Positions 56,442-64,000 of a stretch of DNA of 64,000 bases are shown here, piece after piece. The number at the start of each line of letters is the position of its first letter. The stretch's first letter is position 1. The stretch comes from Candidatus Omnitrophota bacterium (GTDB lineage: Bacteria > Omnitrophota > Omnitrophia > Omnitrophales > Aquincolibacteriaceae), in the NCBI GenBank assembly GCA_022711115.1, contig JAKLFP010000001.1, positions 5,183 through 69,182 of the forward strand, given 5' to 3'. The position numbers and the translations under genes are program-made. The notes under the pieces were generated by a model. The model saw only the letters and a program-made list of their open reading frames with translations. It was not told the DNA's origin and made no database searches.

Positions 56442-59400
56442 CTACCCCAAGGATGCCGGGCACTCAATATTAGCGGACATTTTCCTATTAGAAAAGTCCA
56501 GAATTTTTTTTTGTAAACCCGAAATCTTTTTCCCAAGACTTTGAAAAAACACTTTTTTTTGATCCGCGGTCAAATTTGAAGGCAAAGGTATCGTAACTTC
56601 CTTTTGATTCTTGAGATAATAAATAATTCCTGAAGATACCGGAATCTTCAAAATCCTTTGCGCCGCAAGCGCATAAATCTCAATCTGAAGATCATAAGCG
56701 CTCTGATGCGCGGCCTCTTCATCCCCCCATGCCGTCTTATAATCAAGAATGTGCCAATCGCCTTTTTCATCTTCAAAAAGGACATCCAGTTTTCCCTGGA
56801 TAAGCCCGTGCCGTTCATTCAACACAAAATCGACCTCACGTTTGATCCTTCTTGCTTTTTGTAAACGCTGGAAAACCGGCTGGCGAATAAAACTCTTGAG
56901 GAGCGTCACGGCTTCATCCGTGACCGATTCACCGAAACGATCGAAAAAATGATTAAAAACAGCTGTCTTAAAATGTTTTTCAGGATCCTTAAAATCAAGA
57001 TGTTCAAGAAAATGGTGCATCGCCGTTCCAAAATCAGCCGCCGAAACATTTCCTTCTTCTGGATCTTCGCTTTCTCCGGCCCGCTCGTTTTCCATAACCG
57101 TCCATCCGATCTGATAAGTCCGCCAAAATGCTTGCGGGTCTTTTTGGAAAAGCACATAAGCAGAAACTGGCAAGTCTATGGACCTTGGAGAAACGCATGT
57201 GGAATCTTTGGCGATTGGGATAGTAGGCTTGATTTCTTTTTTTTCAGACTTTTCAGCAATTTGCTCCAGTTGCCTGAGGACCTCTTCTGTCCCGACTTTT
57301 GGTTTAGGATTGAGCCGCATGTTTATCTCCCCGGTATTTTCAATCACGTTGACGCCCAAATCTCCACAAAGTGCCATCGCCCAATCCATCCAGGAGCTCA
57401 TTTCACGAAAATTTTCTTTTGTCTCTTTTTTCTTTTTATAGACACCGCTCAGAAATAGCCTTGATTTAGCGCGAGTAACCGCGACATAAAAAAGCCGTTT
57501 CCGTTCGTCCTCTTCTCTTTTTTTGATCTTTTCGTCAACCCAATGAAAAAAATACGGCTTTTTCATTTCCAGATCGGTTTCATCCCTCACTTGGATCGCG
57601 TAACCGTCTGCCGCATGCGCAATGACAACTTTCGAATCCGCGTGCGATCCCTGATGCCCCATATCGGCCACAAAAACGACGGGGAATTCAAGCCCCTTGG
57701 CGCCATGGATGCTCATGATGCGCACGGCCTCCTTACTTGTTTCCAAAGCGATTTGAGCTTCAGACTCTCGAACCTCCTGCGCTTGAAGCCGTTTAAGGAT
57801 GTTTAAAAAAGAGGCCAGCGACATCCGGTCATAGCTTTCATATTCCCGTATCCGGGCGATAAGTTTCTTGAGATTGGCATAGCGTCTCACCCCCGTCCGG
57901 TCGACCAACAAAGAAAGCTCATAACCTGTTTTTTCCAGGATTTGGTCGACCAGTTCGGTGAGGGAGATCCTATCCTTGAGACTCTTTAATTCAAGCGTCA
58001 GTGTCATAAAAAATTGCAGCCGTTCTTTTTGCTCCCCGGAAATTTCCAGGATTTTTTCCGATTGCTTCAGCGCATGAAAAAGCGATTCCTTGGAATCTTT
58101 TATTTTGGCATAACGCGACAGCCAGAAAAGCGTATCGTCCGTAATATGAAAAAGCGGAGAACGGAGCGTGGCGGCAAGAGGAATGTCCGCGAGCGGCTTT
58201 TCAAGATGCTTCAGTAAGCACATAATGTCTTGTATCTCGGGTTGCTCATAAAAACCGCGGCCGGCCACTATAAAATAGGGAATACCCGCTGATTTGAACG
58301 CGTCTTCATAAATGCCGCTGAGTGTCATCGCCTGAAAAAGAACGGCCATATCACCATAAGGCATATTTTCTTTATCATGAAGTTCACGGATTTTCGAAGC
58401 AATCCCACGAGCCTCCCGCAAACGGGCATATCGCATATCCTCATCCTCTTTCAACGTGGTCACCCACATCTCGACCGCAGGGCATGACCGCGTTGGCTGT
58501 GCCTTGTCTTTTCCGGTTGGGACAAGCGGCTCAAAAGGGAAACCGTCTTCATCCCACAAGGCCTTGAAAAAACGGTTGATAAAATCAAGGATGGGAGGTT
58601 CGCTTCGGAAACTTTCGGAAAGAAAAAAACATTCCCCTTGTTCCCCGCTCTCGTAAAGACGTTCTTTTTCCAGAAAAATCCGAGGCTCCGCTCCGCGGAA
58701 ACTATAGATCGACTGCTTGTAATCACCCACCATGAAAAGATTGGTCCCCGAAGAAAGAAGCTCTACGAATTCCATCTGCAGGAAGTTCGTATCCTGAAAT
58801 TCATCGATCAAGATGAATTTGTATTTTTTTTGATATCGCTCCCGAAGTTTTGCGAAAATGGGCTTCTCTCCACGAAAAAGACCGACGGCTTTCATTTGAA
58901 GATCATCAAAATCCAGAAAACCTTTTTCTTTTTTCTTCGCTTCATAGATGGTTTCAAAAGCCAGCGCCATTTGCTCGAATTTTTCCCGCCACGGCATGGC
59001 TAAAGAACGAAGGCGCAACGCAGAAACCGTTTCTAAAAGCTCACGCCACTCTTTCCATTCCGGCTTGCGTTGCTTTTTATAAGCAGCACTCCAATCCTTA
59101 AAATCGCGGACCGTGTCCCAATTCCATTCCTGATTCTTCAAAAAACGTTCCCATCCATCCGTGTCCACTCCGTCAAGTTTCCGGATCAGCATTTTTGCTG
59201 TATGCGATAATCTGCTTTCTTGTTGCGAGCAAATTTCTTCCTCTTGCTGATTATTCTCCTGAAAAAATGCCTGCAGTTTTTTTCCTTCGTGTCGCGCCGC
59301 AGTAAAAACCTTCGAAATGCCGCTGACCACCGATGCCTCACCGTAAACATTCAACAGCTCAAAATGATCCTCTTTCCTTTCATAGCATTGTTCGAGAGTT

Positions 59401-59786
59401 TCACGCAGTGCTTCCTCTTTGAGAAGTTCGGATTGTTCACTTTCAATAACTCTGAAATCCGGGTCCACCCCCGCCTCGATCGGATGTTCTTTTAAAAGAC
59501 GGGAGGCAAAACCGTGAAAAGTGGAAATGGAAGATTTTTCCAGATCCCGTCTGGATTGTTTGAGATCTAATTCCTTGAATTGTCGAGAAAGACGTGTTTT
59601 GATTTCATTGGCGGCTTTTTCCGTGAAAGTGAGAACTAAGAGCTCATCAACTACCGCTTTTTGAGTCCTCAAAAGGTGAAGAATTCTCTCAACTAAAACT
59701 CGCGTTTTCCCTGTGCCTGCTCCAGCGGAAATGAGAATGTTTTTGTGGATCGTTCGGACGGCTTTTTTTTGAGTTTCTGTTAACAT
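56442..59786 (-). CDS. AddA/RecB-like helicase-nuclease (UvrD-family SF1 helicase fused to a C-terminal PD-(D/E)xK RecB nuclease domain), 1114 aa
   Basis: Helicase motifs I AGAGTGKT, II LIDEFQD, III MVGDYKQSIYSFRGA, V SIHGAKGLEFPVV, VI YVAVTRAKSRL. The C-terminal block GKLDVLFEDEKGDWHILDYKT...QLQIEIYALAA matches the RecB nuclease motif. Confidence 0.8.
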   Translation of the reverse strand: MLTETQKKAVRTIHKNILISAGAGTGKTRVLVERILHLLRTQKAVVDELLVLTFTEKAANEIKTRLSRQFKELDLKQSRRDLEKSSISTFHGFASRLLKEHPIEAGVDPDFRVIESEQSELLKEEALRETLEQCYERKEDHFELLNVYGEASVVSGISKVFTAARHEGKKLQAFFQENNQQEEEICSQQESRLSHTAKMLIRKLDGVDTDGWERFLKNQEWNWDTVRDFKDWSAAYKKQRKPEWKEWRELLETVSALRLRSLAMPWREKFEQMALAFETIYEAKKKEKGFLDFDDLQMKAVGLFRGEKPIFAKLRERYQKKYKFILIDEFQDTNFLQMEFVELLSSGTNLFMVGDYKQSIYSFRGAEPRIFLEKERLYESGEQGECFFLSESFRSEPPILDFINRFFKALWDEDGFPFEPLVPTGKDKAQPTRSCPAVEMWVTTLKEDEDMRYARLREARGIASKIRELHDKENMPYGDMAVLFQAMTLSGIYEDAFKSAGIPYFIVAGRGFYEQPEIQDIMCLLKHLEKPLADIPLAATLRSPLFHITDDTLFWLSRYAKIKDSKESLFHALKQSEKILEISGEQKERLQFFMTLTLELKSLKDRISLTELVDQILEKTGYELSLLVDRTGVRRYANLKKLIARIREYESYDRMSLASFLNILKRLQAQEVRESEAQIALETSKEAVRIMSIHGAKGLEFPVVFVADMGHQGSHADSKVVIAHAADGYAIQVRDETDLEMKKPYFFHWVDEKIKKREEDERKRLFYVAVTRAKSRLFLSGVYKKKKETKENFREMSSWMDWAMALCGDLGVNVIENTGEINMRLNPKPKVGTEEVLRQLEQIAEKSEKKEIKPTIPIAKDSTCVSPRSIDLPVSAYVLFQKDPQAFWRTYQIGWTVMENERAGESEDPEEGNVSAADFGTAMHHFLEHLDFKDPEKHFKTAVFNHFFDRFGESVTDEAVTLLKSFIRQPVFQRLQKARRIKREVDFVLNERHGLIQGKLDVLFEDEKGDWHILDYKTAWGDEEAAHQSAYDLQIEIYALAAQRILKIPVSSGIIYYLKNQKEVTIPLPSNLTADQKKVFFQSLGKKISGLQKKILDFSNRKMSANIECPASLG

Positions 59787-59937
59787 TTAGGATTGATAGT
59801 TTTTGCTATATTTTGAATAAAAAATTATCTTTTTTGAACTATAAAATATGTATTTCATGATCAGACTTGTTATCTATTATATACAAAAAAACCATGTCCG
59901 ATGGAAAAAATGCATTTGCAGGGTTATAATTGAACGT

Positions 59938-60375
59938 ATGGACTCTGAAAAAAGAAAGTTTTATCGACATCCCATTAAGGTTCCTATCCAGCTAACGGAA
60001 GAAGCATCAGAAAGCATCACAAATTCTCGGGCGGAAGATCTTTCACAAGGCGGACTTTCCTTCTTTTGGCCCCATTCCATCGCGGGAGACACTCTCCTCT
60101 TGCTCACCATCCCTGTCGAAAAACAACTATTTAAAATGCATGCGCGAGTGGCTTATTCTCAAAAAGATGACACTTCCGATCTTTTTAAAATCGGGGTTTG
60201 TTTCGAAGATCCCACAAGTGCTTTCCGCGCTAAGCTTGCGGAAGAGATCCTGCAGATACGCCAGTATCAGGAGAAAATGTCGATCTTGCGTGGTAAGACT
60301 CTTTCAGAAGAAGACGCCGCTAAGCTTTGGATCGAACGAAATGCCAAGGAATTTTCGAAATTGATCGGGAACTAG
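59938..60375 (+). CDS. PilZ-domain protein (c-di-GMP receptor)
   Basis: RKFYRHPIKVPIQL (RxxxR) and AEDLSQGGLSF (DxSxxG) PilZ motifs. Start trimmed to MDSEKRK. A TTATAAT box ends 5 nt before the ATG (possibly leaderless). Confidence 0.7.
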   Translation: MDSEKRKFYRHPIKVPIQLTEEASESITNSRAEDLSQGGLSFFWPHSIAGDTLLLLTIPVEKQLFKMHARVAYSQKDDTSDLFKIGVCFEDPTSAFRAKLAEEILQIRQYQEKMSILRGKTLSEEDAAKLWIERNAKEFSKLIGN

Positions 60376-60403
60376 AAAGAATAAAAAAGTTCGGGCGGTT
60401 TTC

Positions 60404-61150
60404 TTACTGCGCCGGCGATAAAGAAAAAATCAACTCCCTCGCCGGTTTCGCAAAATAATATCCTTGGCCATAGCGAATTCCCAAATGACGGATAAAATCA
60501 AGCTCTGTCTTTTGTTCAATGCCTTCCGCAATCATCTCAGAACCGTTCATGCGGCCCAAATGAACCATTTCCCGAACGATCTGCTGGTTCGCGTAATTTT
60601 CGGAAATACCTTGGATCAATTGAATGTCGATTTTGAAAAAATCAGGCCTTAAAGAAGCCAGTCTGAATGTCTTGGAACCAATGTCTGAGAGATCATCCAA
60701 AGCAAACCGGTATCCCAACGTCCGGATAAAATCCACGCCTCTCCGTATAAATTCAAAATCGGATTTTTTGACGCCTTCGGTCAGCTCAAAAATAATTTTG
60801 TTGGAATATTCCCTCAGATGCTTCAGGAATACTTCTCCTTCTTTTCCCTGGGTAAAAGCCTGCTCCAGCGTTAGCGGTTCGATATTAAGAAAAAGATTCT
60901 GACCTTCCTGCAGTTTAGGAAGGACTTTGATCGCCGCTTCAAGACAATGGAAATCCAGAGGAATGACGGTTCCCTTTTCATAGGACTTACGGAACATCTC
61001 CGCTGGCATTTCATGCTCGGACCGGGCAAGCGCTTCATAGCCGAACACATCCCATGTCGCAATATCGACAATAGGCTGATAAACGGCAAAAACTTCTTGT
61101 TGAATGAATTCGTCGCGTTGTTTCTTAAAAAAATCGAACTTAAAAGGCAT
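60404..61150 (-). CDS. standalone EAL-domain protein (c-di-GMP phosphodiesterase fold), 248 aa
   Basis: YQPIVDI...GYEALARSEH, NIEP, ELTE, KIDIQLI, EGIE and GQGYYF blocks are present. The DDFGTG loop is atypical (DDLSDIGS). Confidence 0.75.
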   Translation of the reverse strand: MPFKFDFFKKQRDEFIQQEVFAVYQPIVDIATWDVFGYEALARSEHEMPAEMFRKSYEKGTVIPLDFHCLEAAIKVLPKLQEGQNLFLNIEPLTLEQAFTQGKEGEVFLKHLREYSNKIIFELTEGVKKSDFEFIRRGVDFIRTLGYRFALDDLSDIGSKTFRLASLRPDFFKIDIQLIQGISENYANQQIVREMVHLGRMNGSEMIAEGIEQKTELDFIRHLGIRYGQGYYFAKPARELIFSLSPAQ

Positions 61151-61247
61151 AAGCGTGAATCACCATGATTTGAATTTTGGAATTTTGAAAAAGATGGCGG
61201 GATTATACACGATACCTCCCCAAATTACCAGAACCCGAAATAACATT

Positions 61248-62162
61248 TCATGCGTTTTTCTTTGAAAGAATTGCTGCAAGCGCAGGCTTGAGATCTTCAT
61301 ATTTAAAACGATAACCTTGGTCGGAAAGCTTTTGAGGAACAACGCGCTGTCCCTCCAGCACCACCGAGGACATTTCTCCCATAATAAGACGAATCACGAA
61401 AGAAGGAACTTTCAGCCAAGACGGCCGATGAAGCAGATTCCCCAACAAAGAGCTGAATTCCTTCATAAACACCGGCTTCGGAGCTGCGACATTCACAGGC
61501 CCTGATAAGGAAGGGTGTGTCATCAGAAACGAAAAAATACCGGCCACATCATCGCGGTGAATCCATGAGATCCATTGTTCGCCCGAACCCAAGGATCCTC
61601 CTAAAAAAAAGTAATAAGGAAAAATCATTTTGGAAAGCATTCCACCTTTTTCTCCCAGGACGGGTCCCAGCCGCGCAAGCACCACGCGCACACCGAATCG
61701 TTCGGCTTGCATAGCTTCGTTTTCCCACATTTCGCAGGTCTCCGCAAGAAATCCTTCACCCCGCCCGTTTCCTTCTGTCATGAGTGCAAACGGAACATGA
61801 CCGTAGTACCCGACCGCCGAGGCATTGATCAGTGTGGATGGTTTCTTCCGGGCCTGGCCTATGGCCGCAACGATCATACGGGTGGCATTCACCCGGCTTT
61901 GTACGATCCGTTGTTTTTGAGATTCGGTCCAATATCTCCCGGCAATATTTTCTCCGGAAAGATTGATCACAACATCCGCCCCATCAAAACAGGCTGCCCA
62001 ATCCCCCAACCGCTCAGGATTCCAATAAATAAATTTCTCTTGTTCGTGCGCTGAAAGAATCTTTTGGCGCGTCAGAATATAAATTTGATGAGCCTCCGAA
62101 AGAAGTTGCCGACGCACCGCCGTACCGATAAAGCCTGTGCCACCCGTCAAAATGATTTTCAT
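61248..62162 (-). CDS. epimerase-family protein (TIGR01777/YfcH-like, NAD-binding plus DUF1731)
   Basis: MKIILTGGTGFIGTAVRRQL Rossmann N-terminus. 304 aa. Confidence 0.7.
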   Translation of the reverse strand: MKIILTGGTGFIGTAVRRQLLSEAHQIYILTRQKILSAHEQEKFIYWNPERLGDWAACFDGADVVINLSGENIAGRYWTESQKQRIVQSRVNATRMIVAAIGQARKKPSTLINASAVGYYGHVPFALMTEGNGRGEGFLAETCEMWENEAMQAERFGVRVVLARLGPVLGEKGGMLSKMIFPYYFFLGGSLGSGEQWISWIHRDDVAGIFSFLMTHPSLSGPVNVAAPKPVFMKEFSSLLGNLLHRPSWLKVPSFVIRLIMGEMSSVVLEGQRVVPQKLSDQGYRFKYEDLKPALAAILSKKNA

Positions 62163-62166
62163 GAAG

Positions 62167-62649
62167 TTAATAAACTTGTTTCATCGGCTGGCAATCCCAC
62201 AACCGAAGAAGCTGCAGACACTCTTTTCGCATGAAACCGGCCGTAATGACAACGCTGCTTTTTCCATGAGACTTCATTTTTTTGCTTGGAATCGACAACT
62301 CATGGAAACCGCGTTTCTGAACATCCTGAATCTTCGTTCCGAAAATCAATCTCGGGATCCTCGCCCAATGGATCGCGGAAAAGCACATCGGACATGGCTC
62401 TGTCGTGGAGTAAATCACACAATCCGAAAGATCAAAACGTTTTAGTTTGCGGCAGGCAATACGGATGGCATTCATTTCGGCATGGCATGTGGCATCTTGA
62501 TTCTTAAGAACGGTATTGTGCGTTACCGCTATCGCCTTCCCCTGACGAATAATCGCCGCACCAAAAGGCCCGCCGTCAAGTCGCCGAATTCCTTTTTGGG
62601 CAGAATTTACAGCGCGCTTCATCCATGGCTTCTGCGGCTTTGATTTCAT
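62167..62649 (-). CDS. tadA: tRNA-specific adenosine deaminase (CDA fold)
   Basis: Zinc-binding motifs CHAEMNAI and TEPCPMCFSA. 160 aa. Confidence 0.8.
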   Translation of the reverse strand: MKSKPQKPWMKRAVNSAQKGIRRLDGGPFGAAIIRQGKAIAVTHNTVLKNQDATCHAEMNAIRIACRKLKRFDLSDCVIYSTTEPCPMCFSAIHWARIPRLIFGTKIQDVQKRGFHELSIPSKKMKSHGKSSVVITAGFMRKECLQLLRLWDCQPMKQVY

Positions 62650-63686
62650 GCGGCTGTTACCTTCTGCAGTGTTTCCAGCACCGCATCATGAAAAACACCG
62701 TTGGTGGCGAGAAAACCAGGATTGTGGGCTAAAGTGCTTCCCGTGCTGAAATCCAACAACTTTCCTTCCAGATCGGTGACGCGGCCTCCTGCTTCTTCAA
62801 TCGCCAAAACCCCGGCGGCCACATCCCATATTTTTTCTCGGAATGCGGGCTTTGTAACGGGAAGTGTCCGGAAGAAAATTTCCGCACCGCCGGCGGCAAG
62901 CAAACCATGCTTGGCCATACTGTCCAGGGAAATGATTTCAGGGATGATCCCCAGTAAATTTTTTATTTGCTGATTTTTTTCAAGGTCCTTGTGCCCGAGG
63001 TCAAAGGAATCCAAAATTCTGGCTTGCGTGATATCCTGACATTGGGAAACCTTCAAACGGACCCAACGCCTCGGATCTTCCAGATCTTCGAAAGCAGCCG
63101 CCCAACATCCTTGATCCTTTAATGCCAAAATGCCGACGCCTTTGCCAAGACCGTAATGAGCGGGCAAATCGAGAACCGGACAACCGAGAGCCGCTAAAAC
63201 TACTTTCCCATCCCGAATAAGCGCTAATGCCGTGGCATATTGACCTCCCCGCAAGAATCCTTTGGTTCCGTCAATCGGATCAAGCGTCCAAAAAGATTTC
63301 TTGAGAGGACCTTTGCCCCGATCAATCCATGCACACACCTTTCCGGGCGTTGCCTGCGGAAGGAAGGAATGGACAAGCCCCGTCACTTTATCAAGATTTG
63401 CTCCCCCTCCTACTTCTTGAAAAATATCCGCGCTTTCTTCCGCTAAAAAGGAACTTCCCGGAAAATATTGCGCAAGCAATCCCCCCACAATCGCCTGAAT
63501 GCCAAGATCGGCCAAAGTGACGGGCGAGTGATCTGGTTTGATAATAATCTTGATCGGAGCTTCCGAGCGTATGCGGTAAGCTAATTCGGAAGCAAATCCT
63601 ACGGCTTCAAGCGCAAATTGGACTTCGGGGCTCTGGAGATCAATCTTCAAGTTTGAACTATTCCTGTCTGTGTTGAATGAGATCAT
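62646..63686 (-). CDS. 3'(2'),5'-bisphosphate nucleotidase / inositol-monophosphatase-family protein (CysQ/HAL2-like)
   Basis: WTLDPIDGTKGF and WDVAAG IMPase-family motifs. A 4-nt overlap with the tadA start. Confidence 0.75.
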   Translation of the reverse strand: MISFNTDRNSSNLKIDLQSPEVQFALEAVGFASELAYRIRSEAPIKIIIKPDHSPVTLADLGIQAIVGGLLAQYFPGSSFLAEESADIFQEVGGGANLDKVTGLVHSFLPQATPGKVCAWIDRGKGPLKKSFWTLDPIDGTKGFLRGGQYATALALIRDGKVVLAALGCPVLDLPAHYGLGKGVGILALKDQGCWAAAFEDLEDPRRWVRLKVSQCQDITQARILDSFDLGHKDLEKNQQIKNLLGIIPEIISLDSMAKHGLLAAGGAEIFFRTLPVTKPAFREKIWDVAAGVLAIEEAGGRVTDLEGKLLDFSTGSTLAHNPGFLATNGVFHDAVLETLQKVTAA

Positions 63687-63845
63687 TTTTGTTGATCGGT
63701 TTGCGGTGAACTGCTTTCAAATTATTTTATCATACCCGTACTCTTTATTTTAACGGTATAATGCACACTAAAATCAAGTGCTGTTTCTTATTTGAATTGG
63801 TGGATTAACGGTACTTGTACCGCTGACTCATTTCATGAATCTCAA

Positions 63846-64000
63846 AGCGGTATAAGGAGCAATTATGTTTCTTTTTTTGAAACTCATCCTGGCGCATCTT
63901 GTTGCAGATTTTGTTCTGCAGTTTGAAGAACTTTACCGCCTGAAAGTCAAAAGTCTTCTCGGCCATATCGCTCATGTCCTCATACACGGGATCGTGACGC
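63846..64000 (+). CDS. partial ORF (N-terminal 51 aa), DUF3307-like hydrophobic protein; continues beyond the window
   Basis: AAGGAG SD 6 nt upstream of the ATG. MFLFLKLILAHLVADFVLQ... resembles the DUF3307 N-terminus (family name from memory). Confidence 0.45.

Noticed and set aside
60404-61150. EAL protein being a clearly degenerate (inactive) c-di-GMP binding protein
   Set aside because: Most catalytic blocks (EAL, NIE, ExxE, KID, EGIE, GQGY) are present. Only the DDFGTG loop is atypical, so inactivity cannot be claimed from sequence alone.
63805-63987. 60-aa minus-strand ORF at the window end
   Set aside because: It overlaps, in antisense, the SD-preceded plus-strand DUF3307-like ORF and has no signals of its own.

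Overview
This 64 kb window looks like chromosomal core DNA from an AT-leaning (roughly 45% GC by eye) diderm bacterium. My guess is an uncultivated lineage; I cannot assign a taxon from the sequence alone. I call about 60 protein genes and one tRNA. All but four of the CDS are on the minus strand. Gene order is given 5' to 3' in window coordinates.

- **1–8445:** uvrA (partial, runs off the window start), then a tightly packed envelope trio: a small lipoprotein, a 1581-aa outer-membrane-type giant with a C-terminal Phe, and a 521-aa secreted protein.
- **8503–24041:** a long co-linear biosynthetic run: dapB-dapA-dapF, then an ornithine/lysine decarboxylase plus homospermidine synthase, then lysA-argH-argG-argF-(small secreted ORF)-argD-argB-argJ-argC. 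The arg genes sit behind a textbook TTGACA-17-TATAAT promoter and a 14-bp perfect palindrome.
- **24240–28501:** rnc, transcribed divergently and apparently leaderless, an AsmA-like envelope protein, and rpsI-rplM.
- **28752–34544:** a 1930-aa modular exoprotein (parallel beta-helix, then PD40-like repeats, then repeated beta-sandwich modules). It contains a 252-bp stretch that is 100% identical between two modules whose flanks have diverged.
- **34730–47943:** truA, asd, a LeuB/tartrate-dehydrogenase-like gene, glgA with a small CBM48-like protein, rpmB, recJ, secDF, yajC, tgt, a 189-bp structured intergenic element bounded by inverted repeats, queA, a LOG-family gene, and tRNA-Arg(CCG) with a nearby tRNA-5'-like remnant.
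- **48189–54821:** SpoIID-like, a PG-binding lipoprotein, trmI, an SGNH hydrolase, a HAD phosphatase, a membrane protein, a secreted protein and a CBS protein.
- **54953–64000:** a c-di-GMP neighbourhood (HD-GYP sensor, PilZ, EAL) wrapped around an orphan AddA/RecB-like helicase-nuclease, then a YfcH-like gene, tadA, a CysQ-like phosphatase, and a partial DUF3307-like ORF at the window edge.

I found no transposase, integrase, CRISPR array, reverse transcriptase or toxin-antitoxin pair. The items I would look at first are the giant exoprotein with its perfect internal repeat, the envelope trio coupled to uvrA, the polyamine module embedded in the dap/lys/arg run, the queA-tgt structured spacer, and the c-di-GMP/helicase-nuclease neighbourhood.

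The supplied ORF track labels alternative start codons (e.g. TTG) as M, so several listed starts are N-terminal over-extensions. I have trimmed those.
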